Source: Nannocystis bainbridge (GTDB lineage: Bacteria > Myxococcota_A > Polyangia > Nannocystales > Nannocystaceae). From it: 64,000 bases of DNA. The translations under genes and the position numbers were made by a program. The stretch spans positions 1,440,001 to 1,504,000 of the forward strand of contig NZ_JAQNDL010000002.1 of assembly GCF_028368995.1 (NCBI RefSeq). The letters are read 5' to 3'. How positions within the stretch are numbered: the first letter of the stretch is position 1; each line of letters opens with the position of its first letter. The notes below the pieces were generated by a model. The model saw only the letters and a list, made by a program, of their open reading frames with translations. It ran no database searches and was not told where the DNA came from. Positions 49,709 to 60,296 of this stretch are shown here, in pieces.

Positions 49709-50686
49709 ATGGAAACCGATCCCACGCCGGAGCAGCGCGACGATGTGTCCTTTCGGGCAGGTACCGTCGCGCTGTGCGGGCGGCCCAACGTCGGCAAGTC
49801 GACCCTCCTGAACGCCCTCGTGGGCAGCGACCTGGCGGTCGCTACCCGGTTCCCGCAGACCACCCGCGAGCGCTTGCTGGGCGTGTGGTCGGAGGACGGG
49901 TTTCAGGCCGTGCTGGTCGACACCCCCGGCATCCACCGCGCCAAGTCGGCGCTCAACAAATTCATGGTCGACGAGGCGCTGCGCGGGGCGAAGGCGGTCG
50001 ACCTGGTGCTGATGCTCGCCGAGGCGCCGCTGCTCGCCGACACCGCCGCCGCCGAGGAGTGGGAGCCGGGCCCGTCGGCCGCCGCCGCGCTCGCCTCGCT
50101 CGCCACCGCCGGGCGGCCGATCGCGCTGGTGCTCACCAAGTGCGACCGCATCGAGGACAAGGGGCTGCTGCTGCCGATCCTCCACAAGTGGTCGACGCTG
50201 CACCCCTTCACCGCGCTCATCCCGATCAGCGCCACCGCCGGCGAGGGCCTGAAGCAGCTGCGCGACCACGTCGTCGCCGCTCTTCCGGTCGCCGAACCGC
50301 TGTTCCCCGAGGATCAGCTGAGCGACCGCGCGATCCGCTGGCACGCCGGCGAGCGCGTGCGCGCGGCCCTGTTCGACCACCTGCGCGACGAGCTGCCGTA
50401 CTGCTGCGCCGTCACCGTCGAGTCCTTCAAGGAGCAGCGCAAGCCGCCCCGGGACATCGTCCACGCCAGCGTCCACGTCGAGCGCGACAGCCAGAAGCCG
50501 ATGGTCATCGGCCGCGGCGCCGAGACGATCAAGGCCATCTCGATGTCGGCCCGGCGGGCGATCGCCGAGCTGACCGGACGGCCATGTGAACTCTACCTCG
50601 AGGTCAAGGTGACCCCGAATTGGACCCGCGACCCGGCGCTGATGCAGCGCCTCGGCCTGCACGTGCCCGTGGGGGGCCTGTCATGA
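49709..50686 (+). CDS. era: GTPase Era
   Basis: GRPNVGKS, PQTTR, DTPG, TKCD, ELPY, KH domain VIGRG. Confidence 0.95.
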   Translation: METDPTPEQRDDVSFRAGTVALCGRPNVGKSTLLNALVGSDLAVATRFPQTTRERLLGVWSEDGFQAVLVDTPGIHRAKSALNKFMVDEALRGAKAVDLVLMLAEAPLLADTAAAEEWEPGPSAAAALASLATAGRPIALVLTKCDRIEDKGLLLPILHKWSTLHPFTALIPISATAGEGLKQLRDHVVAALPVAEPLFPEDQLSDRAIRWHAGERVRAALFDHLRDELPYCCAVTVESFKEQRKPPRDIVHASVHVERDSQKPMVIGRGAETIKAISMSARRAIAELTGRPCELYLEVKVTPNWTRDPALMQRLGLHVPVGGLS

Positions 50687-52155
50687 GCGAGCACGACGAC
50701 GATCTGGCCGAAGAGCCAGGCGAAGACATCTCCGAGGACGGCCCGGCGCCGAGCGCCGACGTCAACCGTCGCACCAGCGTGGTAGCGATCGTCGGCCGCC
50801 CGAACGTCGGCAAGTCGACCCTCTTCAACCGCCTGATCGGCTCGCGTCGGGCGATCGTCGAGGATCGCCCGGGCGTCACCCGCGACCGCCTCTACGGCGT
50901 CGTCACCCACGACGGCAAGAGCTACGTGATCGTCGACACCGGCGGCCTCGACTTCGAGGACGAGTCGCTCGGCAGCCAGATCCGCGTCCAGGCCGAGATC
51001 GCGATCGAAGAGAGCGACCTGATCCTGTTCGTCGTCGACGCCTTCGACGGCATCATGGCCGACGACCGCGACATCGCCGACATCCTGCGCCGCTCGGGCC
51101 GGCCGGTGCTGGTGGTCGTCAACAAGTGCGACAACCCCGAGCGCGAGCTCGCGGCCCAGGCCGCGCACGAGCTCGGCTTCCCGATCCTCGCCGTGTCCGC
51201 GGCGCACGGTCGCAACGCCGCCGAGCTGCACGATCACGTGCTCGGGCAGGTCCAGCAGCCCGCGCTCGAAGGCGTGCTCGCCAACACCCTCGAGGGCACC
51301 CGCGTCGCCTTCATGGGCCGCCCCAACGCCGGCAAGTCGAGCCTCATCAACGCGCTGCTCCGCGAGCCGCGGGTGATCGTCAACGCCGAGGCGGGCACCA
51401 CCCGCGACCCGATCGACCTGCCGTTCGAGTTCAACAAGCAGCCGATCGTCCTCATCGACACCGCGGGGCTGCGGCGGCGCAAGCAGATCGAGCGGGCCAT
51501 GGAGAAGCTGGCCGCGATCAAGGCGATCCGGACGATGGAGCGGACCCAGGTGGTCGCGCTCATCGTCGACGCCACCATGGGCGTCACCGACCAGGACCAG
51601 CGGCTGGCCCGCATGGCCCACGAGCGCGGCAAGGGCGTCGTCGTCTGCCTCAACAAGTGGGATCTCGTCGCGCGCGACAAAAAAGCCGCGCACGCCGTGC
51701 AGGTCCAGGCCGAAGAGGAACTGCAGTTCCTCGAGAAGCCCTACATCATCAAGACCTCGATCACCGGCGCCGGGCGCGACCGGGGGCAGGGCCACGCCCG
51801 CGGCCTCGGCGAGCTGATGGAGGCGTGCCTGCTCACCGCGCGCGCGCTCGGCAAGCACATCTCGACCGCGGATCTCAACGCCGAGCTCGCAGCCGCGGTC
51901 GCCGAGCACTCGCCGCCGATGTTCGGGCCCAAGCCGGTAAAACTGTTGTTCGCTACCCAGGCCGAGAGCGATCCCCCGCTGATCGTCATCTCTGCCAACC
52001 ACGGACGCTGTCTTCCGGCGTCCTACGAGCGCTACTTGCTGCGTCGCTTTCGGACTCGCTGGAACCTGCGCGGCATCCCCGTGCGGCTCGTCGTGCGCGC
52101 CCGTGGCCGCACCAACAGCGAGCGGGGCCGGGGCGCGAACAAGTCGGCCGAGTGA
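50683..52155 (+). CDS. der: Ribosome biogenesis GTPase Der (EngA)
   Basis: Two G domains (GRPNVGKS/DTGG/NKCD and GRPNAGKS/DTAG/NKWD), then SYERYL. Confidence 0.95.
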   Translation: MSEHDDDLAEEPGEDISEDGPAPSADVNRRTSVVAIVGRPNVGKSTLFNRLIGSRRAIVEDRPGVTRDRLYGVVTHDGKSYVIVDTGGLDFEDESLGSQIRVQAEIAIEESDLILFVVDAFDGIMADDRDIADILRRSGRPVLVVVNKCDNPERELAAQAAHELGFPILAVSAAHGRNAAELHDHVLGQVQQPALEGVLANTLEGTRVAFMGRPNAGKSSLINALLREPRVIVNAEAGTTRDPIDLPFEFNKQPIVLIDTAGLRRRKQIERAMEKLAAIKAIRTMERTQVVALIVDATMGVTDQDQRLARMAHERGKGVVVCLNKWDLVARDKKAAHAVQVQAEEELQFLEKPYIIKTSITGAGRDRGQGHARGLGELMEACLLTARALGKHISTADLNAELAAAVAEHSPPMFGPKPVKLLFATQAESDPPLIVISANHGRCLPASYERYLLRRFRTRWNLRGIPVRLVVRARGRTNSERGRGANKSAE

Positions 52156-52363
52156 TTGGCGGCGCCTCGCCGCGGAGGCGCCGTCTCAAATGGATGACGG
52201 TCGAACCCGGATGTGAGGGAGCGCCGGGCGCTCGCGCGCCACTGCGCAGCCGAGCGCGGCCCCAGCGCTCCTGACATCTGGAGTGTTCGCGGACTTTACA
52301 AGCCGGGGCCACCTTTGCGATGGTAGGGCACACCGCCCACTCCGGCCTCCCTGGAGAACCTTC

Positions 52364-54034
52364 ATGTCGCGCGTTACTTCCCTGAGTCGCTTCTCGCTCA
52401 CCGCCGGCGCTGCCCTGGCGCTCACCGCCTGCCTCGAGCACCCGATCAAGAAGGTGCTCTACGACAAGAGCTCCGAGGCGCAAGAGAACGTCGCCATCGC
52501 GATCAACAAGGACGTCGACATCCTCTTCGTCATCGACAACTCCGGGTCGATGGCCGATGAGCAGGCCCTCCTCGCCAAGAACTTCGCCGCGTTCATCAAC
52601 GTGCTCGAGGCCGAGGACGTGAACGCGAACTACCGCATCGGCATCACGACCACCGACAGCGGCAACCCGCGCTGTCCGGCGGCCCAGACCACCCCCGAGG
52701 GCGGCAAGCTGGTGTTGTCGAGCTGCCTCGGCCGCGTGGATCTCGGCGACTTCTCGTTCGACATGGACGACTACGCCTACGCCTGCACGGACGTCTGCAA
52801 CCTCACCGACGATCAACTGCAGATCAAGCCCACCGAGACGGCGTACTCGAACGGTGAGAAGGCCCCGCGCAACTGGATCGAGCGCATCGAGACGGTCACC
52901 AACCTCCCCGACGACGTTACGACCGTGCAAGCGTTCCAGTGCTTCGGTCCGCAGGGCGTGTCGGGCTGCGGCTTCGAGCAGCACCTCGAGTCGATGTACA
53001 GGGCGCTGGCGCTGGCCGGCCAGGAGTCGTCGGGGAGCAACTACGGCTTCATCCGCGACACCGCGATCCTCTCGATCGTGTTCATCACGGACGAGGTCGA
53101 CTGCTCGCACAACGACAAGTTCAAAGAGATCTTCACGACCAACAAGCAGTTCTGGGAGGACCCGGATCGCCCCGACGCCACCAGCGCCGTGTGCTTCAAC
53201 GCCGGCGTGAAGTGCGACGGCGCAGGCCCGACCTTCGCCCGCTGTGAGTCGGCCAACTACGGCATCGACGGTTCGGTCGACGTCGCCGACGCCGACGCCG
53301 TGCTGCAGCCGCTGTCGAAGTACATCAACTTCGTCCAGAACCTCGAGACCCAGAAGCAGACCTTCGACCTCAACCAGGAGGTCCTGGTCGCGCTGATCGC
53401 CGGCGTGCCGCCCGGCTACGAGGACGGCGACAAGGACATCGTCTACGAGGACGATCCCGACCCGGACCAGCAGGATCTTTTCGGCATCGGCAAGGGCTGC
53501 ACCCTGCCGAACATGATGGATCCGGACGCCCCGCAGACGGCTCTCCCGCCGGTGCGCGAGCGCGAGTTCGCCGAGGCGTTCCAGGTCGGCGACGATCGCA
53601 ACCTGTTCTCGATCTGCCAGGACGACTACTCCGGCGCGCTCAAGGCGATCGCGAACAAGATCCGCGACCAGATCAAGCCGGCGTGCATGACCAAGTGCGT
53701 CAAGGACGTCGATCCCTCGGATGCGATCCTGCAGCCGAACTGCCAGATCTTCGAGGACAACCTCGCGGCCATGACTCGCAACGAGATCCAGCCGTGCGAG
53801 GAAGTCGCGGGCGAGTGGATCGCCCCGGCCGGTGAGACCGCGTGCTTCGCCGAGCTCATCGACCCGGGCACCGAGACCCCGAGCGAGATCGACAACATGT
53901 CGGAGGAGTGCGTGCTCGAGGGCTACAACCTCGAGTTCCTGCTCATCCGCACCGGCGCCGCTGCGGCCGGCACGACCATCTCGGCCGCGTGCGAGCTGTC
54001 GCCGAACCCGGGCAACGACTGCCCGATGCTCTGA
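52364..54034 (+). CDS. vWA-domain Cys-rich lipoprotein (CglB-like), paralog 1
   Basis: Lipobox LTAC, DILFVIDNSGSM (MIDAS), RIGITTTD, GCGFEQ, VFITDEVDCS, SICQDDYS. Confidence 0.8.
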   Translation: MSRVTSLSRFSLTAGAALALTACLEHPIKKVLYDKSSEAQENVAIAINKDVDILFVIDNSGSMADEQALLAKNFAAFINVLEAEDVNANYRIGITTTDSGNPRCPAAQTTPEGGKLVLSSCLGRVDLGDFSFDMDDYAYACTDVCNLTDDQLQIKPTETAYSNGEKAPRNWIERIETVTNLPDDVTTVQAFQCFGPQGVSGCGFEQHLESMYRALALAGQESSGSNYGFIRDTAILSIVFITDEVDCSHNDKFKEIFTTNKQFWEDPDRPDATSAVCFNAGVKCDGAGPTFARCESANYGIDGSVDVADADAVLQPLSKYINFVQNLETQKQTFDLNQEVLVALIAGVPPGYEDGDKDIVYEDDPDPDQQDLFGIGKGCTLPNMMDPDAPQTALPPVREREFAEAFQVGDDRNLFSICQDDYSGALKAIANKIRDQIKPACMTKCVKDVDPSDAILQPNCQIFEDNLAAMTRNEIQPCEEVAGEWIAPAGETACFAELIDPGTETPSEIDNMSEECVLEGYNLEFLLIRTGAAAAGTTISAACELSPNPGNDCPML

Positions 54035-54052
54035 GCCTGGTTCGCTCGACGT

Positions 54053-54090
54053 GAAGGCGCTCCCGCCGCGAGGCGAGGGGCGCCTTTCGC
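54053..54090 (+). terminator. Probable intrinsic terminator hairpin
   Basis: AAGGCGC...GCGCCTT stem followed by TCGCTTT, ~20 nt after the stop. Confidence 0.5.
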
Positions 54091-54244
54091 TTTGGGTCCG
54101 CGCCGCGCGGTCGGCGTGCCAACTCGGTTGGCGAACCACTCGCAACGGCGCAACCCCGTTGCGGCGGTCTCCCGTCTCAACGACGCGAGATGTCAGCGTT
54201 TTCCTGCTGGCCTGCGAGGCGCATGGACCCCGGCGGAGGTCCCG

Positions 54245-55915
54245 ATGTCGCTGCGCTCCACCCTTATCGTCTCGCTTCCCCTCGTCACTGGTCTCCTCGC
54301 CGGCTGTCTCGACCACCCGGTCAAGAAGGTCACCTACGACAAGACCCAGGTCGACGACATCACCGTCGACGTCCAGCTCAACAAGGACGTCGACATCCTG
54401 TTCGTCATCGACAACTCGGGCTCGATGGCGGACGAGCAAGCGACGCTGTCGAAGAACTTCGAGGCCTTCATCGGCGTGCTCGAGCGCAAGGACGTCGACG
54501 CCAACTATCGCATCGGCATCACCACCACCGACGCCGGCAACCCGCTGTGCAAGCAGGCCCAGACCACCCCGGAGGGCGGCAAGCTGGTGCTCTCGAGCTG
54601 CCTCGATCGCATGGCGCTCGGCGACTTCACCTTCAACATGGACGACTACGGCTATGCCTGCAGCGACTACTGCAAGCTCGACGACGCGGCGCTGACCGAC
54701 CGCATGAAGCCGACCGAGACCCAGTACTCCGACGGCGAGGTGGCGCCGCGGCGGTGGATCGAGCGCATCGAGGGGAAGACCAACCTGCCCGACGACGTGA
54801 GCTCGGTGGAGGCGTTCCAGTGCTTCGGCCCGCAGGGCGTGTCCGGTTGCGGTATGGAGTCGCACCTCGAGTCGATGTACCTCGCGCTGGCCCAGGCGAG
54901 CCGCGCCGACTCGCCGACCAACTACGGCTTCCTGCGCGACCAGGCGATCCTCTCGGTGGTGTTCATCACCGACGAGCTCGACTGCTCGTACAACCCCGAG
55001 TTCGGCGAGATCTTCACCACCGACAAGACCTTCTGGTCCAACCCGGACGACCCGCAGGCGACCAGCGCGGTGTGCTTCAACGCCGGCGTGAAGTGTGACG
55101 GCGACGGCCCGACGTACACCAACTGCCGCTCCGCCAACTTCGGCGTCGACGGCACCGAGGGCGTGTCCGACGACCAGGCCGTGCTGCGGCCGCTCTCGAA
55201 GTACGTCAACTTCCTGCAGACGATCGAGGACGCGAAGAAGGTCACCCAGCCTGATCAGGAGGTGCTCGTCGCGCTGATCGCCGGCGTGCCTCCGGGCTAC
55301 GAGACGAAGGACGCCGACGTCATCTACGAAGACTCGAGCGACCCCGAGTTCCAGGACAGCTTCGGCATCGGCGCCGGCTGCACGTTGGCCAATGCGATGG
55401 ACCCGGACAAACCGCAGACCGCGGTCCCGCCGGTGCGCGAGCGCGAGTTCGCCGAGGCGTTCCAGGTCGGCGAGGACCGCAACCTGTTCTCGATCTGTCA
55501 GGACGACTACTCCGAGGCGCTGCGCGCGATCGCCAAGACGCTCGAGGCGCAGCTCAAGCCGGCGTGCATGACCGAGTGCGTCAAGGACATCGATCCGACC
55601 ACGCCGGTGGTCGACCCCTCGTGCGTGCTGACCGCGATCAACGCCCGCGAGGGCACCCGCGAGGACATCCCGTCCTGCGAGGAGGTGGGCGGCGAGTGGG
55701 TCGCGCCCGCGGGCTCCACCGCCTGCTTCGCCGAGCTGATCGACGCGGACGACGAGACCCCGAGCGCGATCGACAACATGGACGCGGCCTGCGTCGCCGA
55801 GGGCTTCAACCTCGAGTTCAAGCTCATCCGCACCGCACCGGCCCCGGCCGGCACCACCTTCGAGGCCACCTGCGAGCTGTCGCCGAACCCGAGCCAGGAC
55901 TGCCCGATGCTGTGA
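54245..55915 (+). CDS. vWA-domain Cys-rich lipoprotein (CglB-like), paralog 2
   Basis: Lipobox LAGC; same motifs and same 1671-bp length as paralog 1; GGAGG RBS. Confidence 0.8.
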   Translation: MSLRSTLIVSLPLVTGLLAGCLDHPVKKVTYDKTQVDDITVDVQLNKDVDILFVIDNSGSMADEQATLSKNFEAFIGVLERKDVDANYRIGITTTDAGNPLCKQAQTTPEGGKLVLSSCLDRMALGDFTFNMDDYGYACSDYCKLDDAALTDRMKPTETQYSDGEVAPRRWIERIEGKTNLPDDVSSVEAFQCFGPQGVSGCGMESHLESMYLALAQASRADSPTNYGFLRDQAILSVVFITDELDCSYNPEFGEIFTTDKTFWSNPDDPQATSAVCFNAGVKCDGDGPTYTNCRSANFGVDGTEGVSDDQAVLRPLSKYVNFLQTIEDAKKVTQPDQEVLVALIAGVPPGYETKDADVIYEDSSDPEFQDSFGIGAGCTLANAMDPDKPQTAVPPVREREFAEAFQVGEDRNLFSICQDDYSEALRAIAKTLEAQLKPACMTECVKDIDPTTPVVDPSCVLTAINAREGTREDIPSCEEVGGEWVAPAGSTACFAELIDADDETPSAIDNMDAACVAEGFNLEFKLIRTAPAPAGTTFEATCELSPNPSQDCPML

Positions 55916-55936
55916 GCCGGCCTCGCCGCTTCGACG

Positions 55937-55976
55937 GAGGCGCTCTCGCGCGTGCGAGGGCGCCTCACGCCTTTCT
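55937..55976 (+). terminator. Probable terminator hairpin
   Basis: GAGGCGCTCTCGC-GCGT-GCGAGGGCGCCTC followed by CCTTTCT. Confidence 0.5.
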
Positions 55977-56769
55977 GGCCTGAGCGCATGACCTGAAAGG
56001 CGAGCCACGGATGGTGTGGCCACCCACGCCGGCCGGCCACAGGCGCCCTCGACCCAATCGAAGTTTAAAGCGCTCTCGGGGCCTCCAGGATCCCGGCGGC
56101 CGATAGCGATTGCTGACAGCTCCCCGCGAGCCCGCCATTGGCTCGCCTTGGGACGCCGTCGTCGCAGATCCCGGCTCGCCCGGCGCCTGGTCTCGTGAAT
56201 GCGCGAGCCGGCAAGGGTCTGCAGTTATCATTCTTGTATGATGAGAATCAGTCTACGATAATAGAACGCAAGCAGACGTAAGTGCGATTTGCCGGCGCTC
56301 GACGGGCTACTCCGGCGACAGGCGTCGGTGCATTCGCGGGCAGGGCATTCCCTCGGCGCGGGAGCAGCTTCTCGGCCCAGAGATGCGCCATTTGCTGCCG
56401 GGCGGGTGAGCGCTCTGGGATTTAATCATCATCCGTGCCCGATGAAATGGTGTGGCTCGGACACCCCGTATAGCGGGGTTCGATTCGGCGCGACAGCGAA
56501 CTCATACTATTCGAGTTTGGTTATTTGCGCGGTTACGCATCGGGGCGCTCTGCGGATAAAAAATGCCCCGTTAACGGATTCGTCGATCGCACGAGAATCG
56601 ATAGGGATTACTTTTCCCCTGACCACGATGGAGGACTTCTCCATTATTTGATGGTAGGAGCCGCTCGCGGGCACCGGATCGAGCGGCCATGGGTGCGCTT
56701 TGGCGCACGCGGCTCGCGCTTACGGGCGCGAGCCGCGAGAGGGTTGTCCCGAGCTTCGCTCCGATTGCG

Positions 56770-58308
56770 TCAGTACGCCTTGGCCATCAGCACCCGCTGC
56801 GCGCTCGGGTTGCCGGAGAACACGCAGCGGCCGGCCTCGGGCGCCGGGCCCTGGCCGGGCAGGGGGATGCAGCGGATCGTGACGCGCGTCTGCTCCTTGA
56901 TCTTGGCCTCGGTCTCGCGGGTGCCGTCCCAGTGGCACCAGGCGAACGTGCTCTTGTCGCCAGCGAACGCGGCCAGGAACTCGTCCCAGGTGTCGATGGT
57001 GCGCGCGCGCTCGCGCACGCGGTCCTGGGCGATGCGCAGCAGCTCGTCCTGGAAGCGATCGAGCCGCTCTTTGATGGTGGCGACGAACTCGTTCTGCGGG
57101 ATGAACTCCTTGCCGCGCCCGGCCGCGGTGTCGACCCGCATCTTGACGCAGACCTGACCCTTGGCGAGGTCCTTGGGCCCGAGCTCGACGCGCACCGGCA
57201 CGCCCTTGCGCTCCCAGATGTAGAACTTGTTGCCGGGCCGCAGGTCGCGGTCGTCGACCACGACCTCGACGAAATCGCGGTGGCGGCTGCGCGGCAGGGA
57301 GAGGTCGACGTCGGCCAGTTGGGCGCGGATCGACTCGGCCGCCGCCAGCACCTGCGAGCGCTCCTCGTCGGTCTTGTAGATCGGGACGATGACGACGTGG
57401 ATCGGGGCCACGCGCGGCGGGAGCACCAGGCCGCTGTCGTCGGCGTGGGTCATGATGACGCCGCCGACCAGGCGCGTGCTGACGCCCCACGACGTCTGCC
57501 ACACGTAGTCGCGGCCGCCGGCCTCGGTCTGGAACATGACGTTGAACGCCTTGCCGAAGTTCTGCCCGAGGTCGTGGCTGGTGCCGGCCTGCAGCGCCTT
57601 GCCGTCCTGCATCATCGCCTCGATGCAGGTGGTCTGGACCGCGCCGGCGAACCGCTCAGCGTCGGTCTTGATGCCGCGAATCACCGGCATCGCCATGATC
57701 TGCTCGGCGAAGTCGCCGTAGACGTCGAGCATGCGCTTGACCTCGGCCTGGGCCTCCTCATGGCTCGAGTGGGCCGTGTGGCCCTCCTGCCACAGGAACT
57801 CGGTGGTGCGCAGGAACATCCGGGTGCGCTTCTCCCAGCGCATCACGTTGGCCCACTGGTTCACCAGCAGCGGCAGGTCGCGGTAGCTCTCGATCCAGCG
57901 CGAGAAGAAGTAGCCGATGATCGTCTCGCTGGTCGGGCGGATGACGTATGGCTCCTCGAGCTTCTCGCCGCCGGCGTGAGTGACGACCGCGAGCTCGGGC
58001 GAGAAGCCCTCGACGTGCTCGGCCTCCTTGGTGATGAAGCTCTGCGGCACGAGCAGCGGGAAGTAGGCGTTCTGGTGGCCGGTGGCCTTGAAGCGGGCGT
58101 CGAGGTCGCGCTGCAGCTTCTCCCAGATGGCGTAGCCGTGCGGCTTGATGACCATGCAGCCCTTGACGACCTTGGCCGGCTCGGCCAGCTCGGCCTCGCG
58201 GATGACGTCCTGGTACCACTGCGGGTAGTCGGTCTCGCGCGGGGTGATCTTCCCGCCTGCCTTGCCTACCTGATCCTCTTGCTGCTCCGCTCGGGCGCCC
58301 TGTTTCAT
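56770..58308 (-). CDS. proS: Proline--tRNA ligase (archaeal/eukaryotic-type ProRS)
   Basis: [50 protein letters not shown]; ends in AKAY; no INS editing domain. Confidence 0.95.
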   Translation of the reverse strand: MKQGARAEQQEDQVGKAGGKITPRETDYPQWYQDVIREAELAEPAKVVKGCMVIKPHGYAIWEKLQRDLDARFKATGHQNAYFPLLVPQSFITKEAEHVEGFSPELAVVTHAGGEKLEEPYVIRPTSETIIGYFFSRWIESYRDLPLLVNQWANVMRWEKRTRMFLRTTEFLWQEGHTAHSSHEEAQAEVKRMLDVYGDFAEQIMAMPVIRGIKTDAERFAGAVQTTCIEAMMQDGKALQAGTSHDLGQNFGKAFNVMFQTEAGGRDYVWQTSWGVSTRLVGGVIMTHADDSGLVLPPRVAPIHVVIVPIYKTDEERSQVLAAAESIRAQLADVDLSLPRSRHRDFVEVVVDDRDLRPGNKFYIWERKGVPVRVELGPKDLAKGQVCVKMRVDTAAGRGKEFIPQNEFVATIKERLDRFQDELLRIAQDRVRERARTIDTWDEFLAAFAGDKSTFAWCHWDGTRETEAKIKEQTRVTIRCIPLPGQGPAPEAGRCVFSGNPSAQRVLMAKAY

Positions 58309-58403
58309 GCGCGGAGGATGCCGAGGGGGCGACGAGGTGGCAAGTCCGCGCCCTCACGCCCTGGCGCACGGGCGCGGCGCCGGGGTAGGGGCCCGGCCGC
58401 GGC

Positions 58404-59156
58404 TCAGGTGCCGGTCAGCGGCGTGATCTGGTGGCGCAGCGCCACGATCTCGGCCCGCACCTGCTCCTTGAGCGCCTGCAGGTCGTCGAGCGTCAGGCCG
58501 CGGGTCGAGATCGGGGTCCCGACGGCCACAAAGGCGCGCGCCTGGCCGAAGCGCCAGTCGTGCTTGCGCAGCGCCGCGGCGGTGCCGGCGACCGCCACCG
58601 GCAGGATGTCGGCGCCGGTCTCGATCGCCAGGTGGAAGGCGCCGTCCTTGAACGGCCCCATCTCGTCGCCGAGCGCGCGCGTGCCCTCGGGGAAGATCAT
58701 CACCGGCGTGTCGCGCATCAAGTACCGCCGGCACCGCGCCATCGCCCCCTTGGCCGAGCCGCGGTCGCCTCGCACGACCGGGATGTCGCCGGCGAGGAAC
58801 ATCGCCCAGCCGAGGATCGGCACCTTGAACAGCGACGCCTTGCCGAGCCACTTCATCTCCCACGGCAGATGCGAGATGAGGAACGGGTCGGTCTGCGAGC
58901 AGTGATTGCTGACGACGACGGTGCGCCGCGGCCGGTACGGCGGCAGCGGCCGGAGCACGCGGAAGTCCCACAGCGGATTGAACTTGGTGACGCCGATCGC
59001 CGCCAGGCGGAACAGCCGCCCGGTGACCCTTCGACCATGGTCGAAAGGCCAGGTCAGCGGCACGAGCACGCATTGCAGGCAGAACGCGAGGCCGCCGAGC
59101 CCGAAGATGAGCAAGTATGTCCAAACGGACAGGATGATCGTGCGCGAAGCGGACAT
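58404..59156 (-). CDS. Lysophospholipid (1-acyl-G3P) acyltransferase, PlsC family
   Basis: NHCSQTD (NHxxxxD), IFPEGTR, FKDGAF. Confidence 0.9.
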   Translation of the reverse strand: MSASRTIILSVWTYLLIFGLGGLAFCLQCVLVPLTWPFDHGRRVTGRLFRLAAIGVTKFNPLWDFRVLRPLPPYRPRRTVVVSNHCSQTDPFLISHLPWEMKWLGKASLFKVPILGWAMFLAGDIPVVRGDRGSAKGAMARCRRYLMRDTPVMIFPEGTRALGDEMGPFKDGAFHLAIETGADILPVAVAGTAAALRKHDWRFGQARAFVAVGTPISTRGLTLDDLQALKEQVRAEIVALRHQITPLTGT

Positions 59157-59607
59157 GCGCGGCATGCAGGCGTGCCCCTGAAGATGGGCCACAGCCGTCA
59201 TGCCACGGCGCTTGCGACGTGCCAAGCGCCGCGGGCCGCGCAGGCCGATCGTGCGCGGCGCGGCAGCGTGAACGGCGGGCGAGCACGCGCGGGGGAGAAA
59301 CCACCTGGCACCATCCGTGGCACCGTCAACCCAAGCCGATTTCAACGCGGGGTCGGGCGCGCGCGGCCGGACCGTTGGCCCATCTTCCCGCGGCCCAGCG
59401 CACGCACTCCCGACTCCCATCCATGTCAGTGGCCCTGGCGCCCTGGTTCCGTTGGCGGTCGACGCATGAGCTGTCGCACGACGAGCACCCGCCCGCAGGG
59501 ACGACGGATCGACGCAGGGAGGACACGCGAGGCGCGAAGCCGTCACGGCCGCACGAGACCTCGCGGACCGCGACCGCCACGACGCTCTTCCGTCGGCTCG
59601 ACGCTGT

Positions 59608-59797
59608 CATGCCGCGGCGCGGAGCCGTCCCGAAGCCCTCGGCCGCAGCGCGACGCGTCGACCTCTTGCCGCGGCGCGGAGCCGCCATTACGGACCTCGA
59701 GGTCCTCGGCCGCCAGCGCGACGCGTCGACCCGACCTCATGCCACGGCGCGGAGCCGCCACTACGGACCTCGAGGTCCTCGGCCGACAGCGCGACGC
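59608..59797. repeat. Three ~60-73 bp tandem repeats
   Basis: TGCC(G/A)CGGCGCGGAGCCG...CCTCGGCCG...CAGCGCGACGC three times; two copies contain the palindrome GGACCTCGAGGTCC. Confidence 0.75.
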
Positions 59798-59803
59798 TCG
59801 GCC

Positions 59804-60202
59804 TCAATGACGCAGCGCGGCGGCGTCGAGCAGCGACCCGCAGCGGCGGGCCGCGTCGTCGAGCGTGAACAGGCCGACGAGGTGACCGCGGTCGCTGATG
59901 ACCACGGCCTCGGAGCGGTGCGTCAGCATCAATCGCAGCACCGCGTCGACGCTGCGCCACGGGGGTGCGACGGTGGGGTCGCCGCACATCACGTCGCGCA
60001 CGAGCCGACGCGCGAGCAGGTCGCCGCGGAGCCTGGCGAGGTCGCGCTCGTACACGAGGCCGAGCAGCTCGCCGTAGTCGAGCACGGGCAGCAGCGCGAC
60101 GCCCTCGTCGCGCATGCGCTGGAGCGCCGAAGCGGCCACCTCGTCGGGCAGGACCGAAGAGGGCAGGGCGCGCATGAGCTCGCAGACCGGGCGAGAAGCC
60201 AT
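59804..60202 (-). CDS. CBS domain protein
   Basis: VCELM...LPVLD..LLGLVYERDL...VRDVM...LVGLFTLDD. Confidence 0.8.
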   Translation of the reverse strand: MASRPVCELMRALPSSVLPDEVAASALQRMRDEGVALLPVLDYGELLGLVYERDLARLRGDLLARRLVRDVMCGDPTVAPPWRSVDAVLRLMLTHRSEAVVISDRGHLVGLFTLDDAARRCGSLLDAAALRH

Positions 60203-60296
60203 CGCCGATCACTTTAGCCGAGACCGCGGACGGATCCACCGCGCCCGGCCCACATCGGCCCCGCGATGTGATGCCGCCCGGCTGCCTGACGCTACG

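Noticed and set aside
38522-56023. Very long antisense or alternative-frame ORFs (1533, 1214, 1345 aa and similar elsewhere)
   Set aside because: Shadow ORFs caused by high GC3 opposite or overlapping well-supported genes.
56472-56495. GGGGTTCGATTC resembling a tRNA/tmRNA T-arm
   Set aside because: No complementary T-stem or acceptor stem follows.
56200-56660. oriC or dif site
   Set aside because: Only one imperfect DnaA box, no recognisable XerC/XerD site, and no dnaA nearby.
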